From: Bythopirellula sp.
Lineage (GTDB): Bacteria; Planctomycetota; Planctomycetia; Pirellulales; Lacipirellulaceae
Assembly (NCBI GenBank): GCA_965216565.1
Contig: OZ244170.1
Location: 4,128,001-4,192,000, forward strand
DNA: 64,000 nt
Direction: 5' to 3'
Every line of letters begins with the position of its first letter. Position 1 is the first letter of the stretch. A model generated the notes under the pieces. It made no database searches. It saw only the letters and a list, made by a program, of their open reading frames with translations, and had not been told where the DNA came from. This document shows, one piece after another, positions 57,363 to 64,000 of the stretch. A program made the translations under genes and the position numbers.

Positions 57363-58922
57363 TTGCAAAAGCCAGCCTATGTGCTCTTGTCGATCGTGTT
57401 GCCGGCATTGGTCACCGTCCATTCTACTCAGGCGCAATTTCGGTATGACGTTGTTGCTGTCACCGGTGATGCCGTGCCCAATGGAAACGGCGCTTTCACA
57501 ACTTTCTCGGTACCGACACTTAACGAGGTCGGTCAGGTTGCGTTTAGTAATGTTCTTAGCGATCCCAATAGTAGTAATGACATCGCAAGTGTTTACCGCG
57601 GTGATAGCACTGGCAATCTCGTAGAGCTTGCCCGCTCGGGCGATGCCGCCCCCGATGGCAACGGTATATTTTCAAGCTTTGGCTTTCCCAGCCTCAACGA
57701 TTCAGGACAGAGCGCATTTCGAACTGGGCTCACTGGCACAGTCGGAGCGAGCAGCGATGACACAGGGATTTTTCGAAGCGATGGCACAGGAAACGTCGTG
57801 CAGATCTTCCGCGAAGGCGACGCTGCACCCGATGGCAACGGTACCTTATCGAATATTGGTTCCGACTCCGATCTAAGCAATGCGGGCGATGCCCTTTTCA
57901 GTGGTTTGCTAAATGGCACCTCTGGGGGCAACACAGATCGATTCGGAATCTTTCGGAGCGATGGTACCAGCAGCCCTGTGCGAATCGCCCGCGCAGGCGA
58001 CGCTGCCCCCGATGGCAACGGTACTTTCAGTGGATTTAGTCAACCTAGATTGAACAATGCCGGGAAGGCGACATTTATCGGCTTCTTGGCCAACACCAGT
58101 AACGGTGGCGATGACGACACAGGGTTCTTTATTGGCGATGGCATTGGCGGACCGTCGCAAATTGTCCGCGGTGGCGAGGAGGCTCCCGATGGAAATGGAA
58201 CCTTCGCTGCTTTTTCGCGCACACACGATTTGAATGATGGGGGCCAGATCGCCTTCGTCGGCTTTTTCTCTGGCACCAGCGCCGGTACCGGCGATGACGA
58301 GGGCATCTTCGTCGGGGACGACTCAACAAGTCCCATACAGATCGCCCGGGCAGGCCAATCAGTGCCTAACGGCAATGGCGTCTTCACTGGTTTCGGGCCC
58401 CCCAGACTCAACGATAATGGTCAGACTGTGTTTTTTGGCGAGTTCACTACAACTACCGCAAGTCGAGGAGTCTTTCGGGGTGACGGTACCAACGCCCTTG
58501 TAGAGATTGCCCTTAGCGATGAAGCCGCCCCGGACGGAAACGGGGTTTTTTTTGGCTTTGGGACTCCCGACGTGAACAGCGCCGGTCAGATTGCTTTTGT
58601 CGGAACGCACATTCAGACGAACGAGGGCTCAAGCGACGACAGGGGGCTTTACTTCTACGATGATCTCGTGGGGTTGAAACAAGTCGTGCGCGAAGGAGAT
58701 GCTTTTCTGGGTAGTACCATCACCAGAATAGGATACCCAGGACCCGTAGGACGTCGGCTCGACATGCGGAGCGCGTTAAACGATCTCGGCCAGCTTGCCT
58801 ATCAATTCGAACTCGCCGACGGCCGCCAGGGCATTGCCATCGCGACGCTCGTCCCCGAGCCGAGCACGTTGCTGTTGGGCCTGCTGGCCAGCGGTACTTG
58901 GCTTTTTAGAAAACGCAGCTAG
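57363..58922 (+). CDS. NxxGxxAF-repeat PEP-CTERM surface protein, copy 2
   Basis: GGGGAG RBS + TTG; AR.GDAAPDGNG.F...LN..GQ.AF repeats; VPEP + TM + RKR. Confidence 0.88.
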   Translation: MQKPAYVLLSIVLPALVTVHSTQAQFRYDVVAVTGDAVPNGNGAFTTFSVPTLNEVGQVAFSNVLSDPNSSNDIASVYRGDSTGNLVELARSGDAAPDGNGIFSSFGFPSLNDSGQSAFRTGLTGTVGASSDDTGIFRSDGTGNVVQIFREGDAAPDGNGTLSNIGSDSDLSNAGDALFSGLLNGTSGGNTDRFGIFRSDGTSSPVRIARAGDAAPDGNGTFSGFSQPRLNNAGKATFIGFLANTSNGGDDDTGFFIGDGIGGPSQIVRGGEEAPDGNGTFAAFSRTHDLNDGGQIAFVGFFSGTSAGTGDDEGIFVGDDSTSPIQIARAGQSVPNGNGVFTGFGPPRLNDNGQTVFFGEFTTTTASRGVFRGDGTNALVEIALSDEAAPDGNGVFFGFGTPDVNSAGQIAFVGTHIQTNEGSSDDRGLYFYDDLVGLKQVVREGDAFLGSTITRIGYPGPVGRRLDMRSALNDLGQLAYQFELADGRQGIAIATLVPEPSTLLLGLLASGTWLFRKRS

Positions 58923-58993
58923 CCGGACCGCTACTGTCTACCCGCCGTGGTGGGCGGTCCACGGCACTCCGGAGGCAAGTGTGCCTCCGGCTA
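58919..58993. repeat. Palindromic trailer element, copy 2
   Basis: CTAGCCGGACCGC...CCGGAGGCAAGTGTGCCTCCGGCTA. Confidence 0.75.
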
Positions 58994-59019
58994 TTCAGTG
59001 ATTACCCTACTGTTGACAG

Positions 59020-59928
59020 CTATCCGATTCCCGGTGAGTTGTCATTGGGGTTGGCGTAGAACTTCTCCAGCTGGATCCCGCCCCGCTGCTCTTCCTCCAA
59101 TAGTTTGAGCCGCCCTTCGAGTTGCTCCACTCGCCGTGCCAGCACCGGGAGCAACCGCTCCTCGGGGTCGGCTTCCTTGGTGCGAGGCACTTCGGGATAA
59201 CCGAGTTGCCGGTGCAACGCCGCGAACATTACCAGGGGATCTTTCTGCCGATTGGCCCAAGCGATCCGGCCCTCGCGCGTGCCGAATAGGCGCGGTGCCT
59301 CTTGCTCCGTTTGCTCGTTGGTCGCAGTGCCAGACTGCCGCTCGCGACGCTCGTCGTAAAAGTCGCTTCGCACATAAATAAGATCGGCCAGTTCCACGAT
59401 GCCGATCTGACGGCGGACGATCAAGATCCAGTCTTGCCAGTTTTTGTCGAACGAAGGGTCCGCAGCCATGGCCTCCAGTCCCAGGTCGTAGCCCAATCGG
59501 TTGCGGCAAAGTGTTTCCAGCTGATAGAGAAACAACCCCTGCCGGGTGATCTCTGGTTCGGTGCGGTAGGCTGCTTCGCGAGACAGAATCTCCAGCCCCA
59601 CACGCAGGTCGAACCGGCTGCGGTCGTTTTCTGCTTCGCTCATCACATAACACTGAAACGGCGTAAAGTAATGCTGCAACTGTTTCATGCCGGTGGAAAA
59701 CATCCCCAGGTGCTTGAGCTCGGCCAATAGAAAGTCGATGGCCATGGGCAGCTTGGTCGTCGCCAGCACTTCTTCGCGGACAGAGACCAGCACGTCCTGC
59801 GCCGGCGTGTTGTCGGCCAATCGCTCGCCGAGAATGCGAAAAAAGTGGCTTTGCTCGACGTACTCTTCAGATTCCAAAGGAGAAAAGTTCTCTGGCGATG
59901 AGTTTTCGAGCGAGGCGGCATCACTCAT
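59020..59928 (-). CDS. Conserved hypothetical protein
   Basis: 302-aa ORF with ATGA overlap to upstream hydrolase; EEYVEQ.HFFR, TTKLPMAIDFL, LQHYFTPFQ. Confidence 0.8.
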   Translation of the reverse strand: MSDAASLENSSPENFSPLESEEYVEQSHFFRILGERLADNTPAQDVLVSVREEVLATTKLPMAIDFLLAELKHLGMFSTGMKQLQHYFTPFQCYVMSEAENDRSRFDLRVGLEILSREAAYRTEPEITRQGLFLYQLETLCRNRLGYDLGLEAMAADPSFDKNWQDWILIVRRQIGIVELADLIYVRSDFYDERRERQSGTATNEQTEQEAPRLFGTREGRIAWANRQKDPLVMFAALHRQLGYPEVPRTKEADPEERLLPVLARRVEQLEGRLKLLEEEQRGGIQLEKFYANPNDNSPGIG

Positions 59929-60788
59929 GGCTGGGCCTCGGCGGAGAGATGCTCGCTCAAAAAGCGAACCGACTTTTTAAGTGCCCCGCGATCCATCACC
60001 GCAAACACGTGCCCCGTGTCCGGAACCATGTACAGTTCCGACGAGACACCAACGTCGCTCAACTTGCGGACCATCAGCTGGGGGCTTTCGACGGGCACCA
60101 AGGAGTCTTTCTCACCGTGGAAGAAAAACATCGGCGGGTCGTCGGAACTGATAAACGCTGCTGGGGACGCATTGCGATATTGCTCGGGCACCTCTCGACG
60201 GGTGCCTCCCAGCCAGAAGCTGAGCATGCGTTGATCTTCCGGCAACACGCGAAACTCGCAGGGCGCGCCGCCGCAGGCGACTGCCTGTAGCCCCGTGGGC
60301 AGTTCGTTTGTGGGCTCGCTAGTTGCCGAATCGCGTTTGGTGTGGGTGCCTAGCAGTGAGATGAGTTGCGCGCCGGCCGAGTAGCCAAAACCACCGATTC
60401 GCGCCGGATCGATTTTCAATTCTTGGGCTTCCTCGCGCATCCAAGCAAGTGCCGCGCGGCAGTCTTCGATTTGGGCGGGAAACTTATGCTTTGGCGCAAG
60501 CCGGTAGCTGATCGCAACGGCCGTGAAACCGTGGCGAGCGAACATTTGTGCTTGGGCCGAGAGCTGGGCCCGCGAGCCCAAGTGCCACGCCCCGCCATGC
60601 ACGACCAGAATTCCCGGGAAGGGCCCGTCGCCCTGGGGAGCGTAGACGTCGGCCTTGAGCGGTCCAGAATCGCGCTGGCAATAGACTTCGCCAAACCGCA
60701 TGTCGATTTCGCCGCCCCAGACTGCCCCGCAGCTGACAATACCGGCAAACACTGCCAAACCTAGGGATGAAAGACGAGTAAAGTTCAC
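59925..60788 (-). CDS. Secreted alpha/beta hydrolase (esterase, HSL/BD-FAE-like)
   Basis: HGGAW, YRLAP, GYSAG (nucleophile), HGEKD, GH. Confidence 0.9.
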   Translation of the reverse strand: MNFTRLSSLGLAVFAGIVSCGAVWGGEIDMRFGEVYCQRDSGPLKADVYAPQGDGPFPGILVVHGGAWHLGSRAQLSAQAQMFARHGFTAVAISYRLAPKHKFPAQIEDCRAALAWMREEAQELKIDPARIGGFGYSAGAQLISLLGTHTKRDSATSEPTNELPTGLQAVACGGAPCEFRVLPEDQRMLSFWLGGTRREVPEQYRNASPAAFISSDDPPMFFFHGEKDSLVPVESPQLMVRKLSDVGVSSELYMVPDTGHVFAVMDRGALKKSVRFLSEHLSAEAQP

Positions 60789-61187
60789 AGCTGGTTCTCC
60801 AGGACGATTGGTCGCACGCGCGAGTTGTTCTTATAATAGGCGGTTGGCGGTCGGACCATGTCGATTTCGCCCAATTCGCGGAATCGAACGGTTACCGTCC
60901 GCCCGACTCGCCTATTATATGCTAGCGGCCTTACTGGGACGCGATAAACCAAGGAGATGGGGGGATGTTGGAGATAGTCGGGATGGATCCCAGGTAAGGG
61001 CTGGGCTGAACATGAAGGCAGTATTCCTAGGCCGTGGATTTTATTGAAAAGCATTTCCAAGGATTCAAATAAACGACGACAAGTTGACTCTCGAACAATT
61101 CGCAACGCGTATACCCACAGCAAGCCATCCCCAATATCCCCACCCTCCCCCTATCTCCTTCCCAAACAAACCCCTGATTTAAAATCA

Positions 61188-62396
61188 ATGACAGACAATT
61201 TTTCAAAGATCGAAGAAGCAGTCGAAGCAATACGCACTGGCGGAGTTGCCGTTGTGGTGGACGCCGAGGATCGAGAAAACGAAGGCGATTTTATTTGTGC
61301 CGCCGAAAAAGTGACCACTGAAACGGTCAACTTTATGATCACTCACGGTCGCGGCCAACTATGCATGCCGATCCTTCCCGATGTAAGCGAGCGGCTTGAA
61401 TTGCACCCCATGGTGGAATCAAACACCGCCCCCTTGGGCACCAATTACACCGTGCCTGTCGACCACCGGACAGCACGCACCGGCATCACTGCCGCGGAAC
61501 GGGCCTGCACGATCAACGCGATTTGCGACCCGGCTAGCGTCCCCGCCGATTTTCATCGACCTGGACATCTCTTTCCGCTCGTCGCAAAAGAAGGCGGTGT
61601 GCTGCGTCGCGCCGGCCACACCGAGGCGGCCGTCGATTTGGCCCGAATGGCGGGCCTCAGCCCGGCCGGTTGTTTGTGCGAAATCCTCAACGAAAGTGGC
61701 GACCGCGCAGATCGGGACCAACTCCATGCGTTGGCTAAAGAGTTTGATCTGCCGTTGATTTCGATCGAACAACTCATCGCCTATCGCCGTGTCCGCGAAA
61801 AACTGGTTTATCGTCAAGCCGAAGCCAACTTGCCCACCAAGTATGGTCATGGAAAGATTATTGCTTATGGTGTGAAGTACGAATCGCAGCAGCCTGTAGC
61901 GTACGTGATTGGTGATCTCACCAAATCCACCGCCCCGTTGGTGCGATTGCACTCCTCGTGTTTCACTGGCGATCTGCTCGATTCCCTGCGCTGCGATTGC
62001 GGCGACCAACTGCATATGGCCCTCGACATGATTAGCCGCGAGGGCTGCGGCGTGCTGGTCTATCTTCCGCAAGAAGGGCGAGGCATTGGACTGGTGGAAA
62101 AGGTGAAGGCCTACAAACTGCAGGACGAAGGGCTCGACACGGTCGAGGCCAACCTGGCCCTGGGATTCAAAGCCGACCCCCGCGATTACGGTGTCGGCAT
62201 CCAGCTATTGAAAGATGTAGGGCTCAGTCGCGTGCGGCTGCTGACGAACAACCCCAAAAAGACCGACGCGTTTATCTACGGCGGTTTCGACCTGGAAGTC
62301 GTGGATCAAATTCCTATTGTGCCGCCAATCAACGAGCACAATGCGGAATACATGGCGACGAAGCGCGACAAGATGGGTCATCAATTACCGGATTAG
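61188..62396 (+). CDS. ribBA: Bifunctional DHBP synthase / GTP cyclohydrolase II
   Basis: DRENEGD, RPGHLFPL, RAGHTEA, RLHSSCFTGD...RCDC, QEGRGIGL, LLTNNP; ATG at 61188. Confidence 0.95.
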   Translation: MTDNFSKIEEAVEAIRTGGVAVVVDAEDRENEGDFICAAEKVTTETVNFMITHGRGQLCMPILPDVSERLELHPMVESNTAPLGTNYTVPVDHRTARTGITAAERACTINAICDPASVPADFHRPGHLFPLVAKEGGVLRRAGHTEAAVDLARMAGLSPAGCLCEILNESGDRADRDQLHALAKEFDLPLISIEQLIAYRRVREKLVYRQAEANLPTKYGHGKIIAYGVKYESQQPVAYVIGDLTKSTAPLVRLHSSCFTGDLLDSLRCDCGDQLHMALDMISREGCGVLVYLPQEGRGIGLVEKVKAYKLQDEGLDTVEANLALGFKADPRDYGVGIQLLKDVGLSRVRLLTNNPKKTDAFIYGGFDLEVVDQIPIVPPINEHNAEYMATKRDKMGHQLPD

Positions 62397-62418
62397 TTCT
62401 ACAGCGCTAGGTGAGACT

Positions 62419-62713
62419 GAAATGGGGACTGGCTCGTGATTGCGAAGTCCGGCGTTGAGATTTCTTAAGCGTTGCCGCAATCGCGTGCCTGTACCCATTT
62501 CCAACGGGGTTTATCAATGGCGAAAAATAGGGACAGGCACGACGACGCTGTTCGCGTAGGGGTTCAAACCGGCGTCGTGCGTCGAGCCAGTCCCTATTTT
62601 TCGCAAGAATGTCAGAGGCACTCGAACAAACCGTAGCTGGATTCGCAAGAATTCAGAAGCATTCGGGCTGAATTCTTGCGAATCCAGCTACCTTCAAATC
62701 CAGCTACCTTCAA
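62419..62713. repeat. Cluster of three REP/REPIN-like hairpin elements
   Basis: 62419-62501 and 62520-62604 have GGGACTGGCTC / GTGCCTGT-type arms in opposite orientations; 62633-62691 is a perfect 24-bp IR GTAGCTGGATTCGCAAGAATTCAG. Confidence 0.8.
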
Positions 62714-62746
62714 AGTGAATAGCTCAAGCTTCAGCCGGACATCTGC

Positions 62747-63094
62747 ATGCCTCAGCTCAAGTTCCACGTCAACCTATTCGGCAATCCCTTCGCTTGCACG
62801 TGGGAAGAAGCGGCTGCTGCCCTGGAACTCTTGCCGCGGATGATCTTTGAGCCGGATGGCAGCTGGATTTATTCTGGCGGCGTCCGCCAAGATCGCTGGC
62901 AGATCGACGGGCACTTGTTCGATTTCGACGGCCGTTTGCACCGCGTGGAATTGCACGGCAGTTGTCCCGAGACAGATTTAGACGCTTTGCTCCGCTGCTT
63001 CGGTTGGCCCGAGCAAGAGTTGCAATTTGAACGCGTGCTCGAAGGCGACCGCCTCAGCGAAACCGAATTCCGCACGGCCGTGCAAGTGGATTAG
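62747..63094 (+). CDS. Hypothetical protein
   Basis: 115 aa; FEPDGSW, WQIDGHLFD, ELHGSCP; host-like codon usage. Confidence 0.7.
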   Translation: MPQLKFHVNLFGNPFACTWEEAAAALELLPRMIFEPDGSWIYSGGVRQDRWQIDGHLFDFDGRLHRVELHGSCPETDLDALLRCFGWPEQELQFERVLEGDRLSETEFRTAVQVD

Positions 63095-63133
63095 CCTCCA
63101 TCTCCGAGCGAGCCGAGGCGTCCCCGCCCACGG

Positions 63134-64000
63134 CTACCAGGCCAAGCCCGCCTTGACCGCCCCGCCGTTGAACGTCAGGTCGTCAGAGACGTCGGTATTC
63201 CAAAGCTGCGTTTCGTACTGAGCGCGTAAGGTGAGGACGCTCCAGCCCAGGTTCCGCTGCCACTCTAGGCCGAGCGACGCTTCGGAAATCACCATGTCGG
63301 CGTCTTTCTCCTCAACGAAAGTTATAGGTTCCGATCCAGTTCCCACAACTAAATTAGCGTCGTTCGACGATCCTGCTGTTGGGCTTATTGAATAGACGGT
63401 GAAGAGTTCTCGACGCACTTCACCCGAAAGAAAGCCAACCCGACCTGAACCCACGAGTGATAGTTCGATTTGCTCAGTGCGATAGATCAAGTGGCGGACA
63501 TCTGAAAACAGGCCCAGCCCAACCCCAAGATTTGTGTTCTCACCCAGGCTGGGGACTTCAATTTGGAATGCGACACTTTTCAGTCCAGCACCGAGTATTA
63601 TACTCGTTTCATCCACAACAAAGCGTTTATAAAAATCTGCATCGAGCGATCCAGTCCGAAGAGAATAGCCTGTTGTATGTTCAGTTGGGCTTGTTTCTAT
63701 AAATGGATTTCCAGGTGGAATACTACGAAAAGCGAAGTCGCGAGGTGTGGTAAAGGCCGAAATATAGAAGGGTGAATAAAAAAGCAACTGGGTCTCTGTC
63801 TCAGCTTCGTAGCCCCACAAACGACCGCGGATGCCGTAGCCCGATTTGCTTTCCCAACCGAGCGTGATTCGAGGAGTCACATAGTAGACGTCTTCGCCGT
63901 CTTCGGTGAAATCGATGCCACCGAATTCTGGCCGAAATGCCACGAGTTCGACGTCGGCCTGCCAGGCTTTTCGGGGAAGCGTACTCACTACCCTGGCGGC
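63134..64000 (-). CDS. Planctomycete outer-membrane beta-barrel protein (partial, 5' end beyond window)
   Basis: Frame open to the edge; PRITLGWE..GIRGRLW; amphipathic strands; ends in terminal Trp. Confidence 0.7.
   Translation of the reverse strand, partial: AARVVSTLPRKAWQADVELVAFRPEFGGIDFTEDGEDVYYVTPRITLGWESKSGYGIRGRLWGYEAETETQLLFYSPFYISAFTTPRDFAFRSIPPGNPFIETSPTEHTTGYSLRTGSLDADFYKRFVVDETSIILGAGLKSVAFQIEVPSLGENTNLGVGLGLFSDVRHLIYRTEQIELSLVGSGRVGFLSGEVRRELFTVYSISPTAGSSNDANLVVGTGSEPITFVEEKDADMVISEASLGLEWQRNLGWSVLTLRAQYETQLWNTDVSDDLTFNGGAVKAGLAW

Noticed and set aside
56977..58993. Integron attC sites
   Set aside because: No RYYYAAC/GTTRRRY core pair at the trailer ends and no intI. Kept only as an analogy.
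60789..61187. FMN riboswitch upstream of ribBA
   Set aside because: No RFN consensus (AGGGCxGGGTGAAATTCCC...ACCGGCGG) is visible. The ORF-track extension from 61044 is also unlikely; ATG 61188 is preferred.

Overview
Planctomycete-type genomic window, most consistent with Pirellulales/Lacipirellulaceae. This is inferred from DUF1559 prepilins, LExRxLL extracellular proteins, a BBP2 porin, and PEP-CTERM proteins with a dockerin-like 'DFxxDGxVDGxDFLxWQ' module. Left part (1 to ~36.3 kb): an accessory glycan-utilisation and cell-surface region ending at the 3' end of a tRNA-Arg(UCG). It holds two DUF1559 prepilin-like genes, a sulfatase, a mutarotase, three GH127/GH146-like hydrolases, an ECF sigma/FecR pair and ten PEP-CTERM proteins. 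These include two paralog families and a head-to-head animal-type heme peroxidase / copper-radical oxidase pair followed by a CHRD protein. A giant repeat adhesin and a porin close the region. Right part: mostly core genes (Ser/Thr kinase, gyrA, dapL, putA, CBS-korA-korB-CBS, ribBA), a REP-associated tyrosine transposase, several REP/REPIN-like families, and two tandem cassette-like NxxGxxAF PEP-CTERM genes that share a structured leader RNA and a palindromic trailer. Best novelty candidates: the surface-anchored oxidase-peroxidase pair, the SusCD-free ECF/DUF1559/PEP-CTERM polysaccharide locus, and the leader-gene-trailer cassettes. All calls are by eye; no database searches were run.
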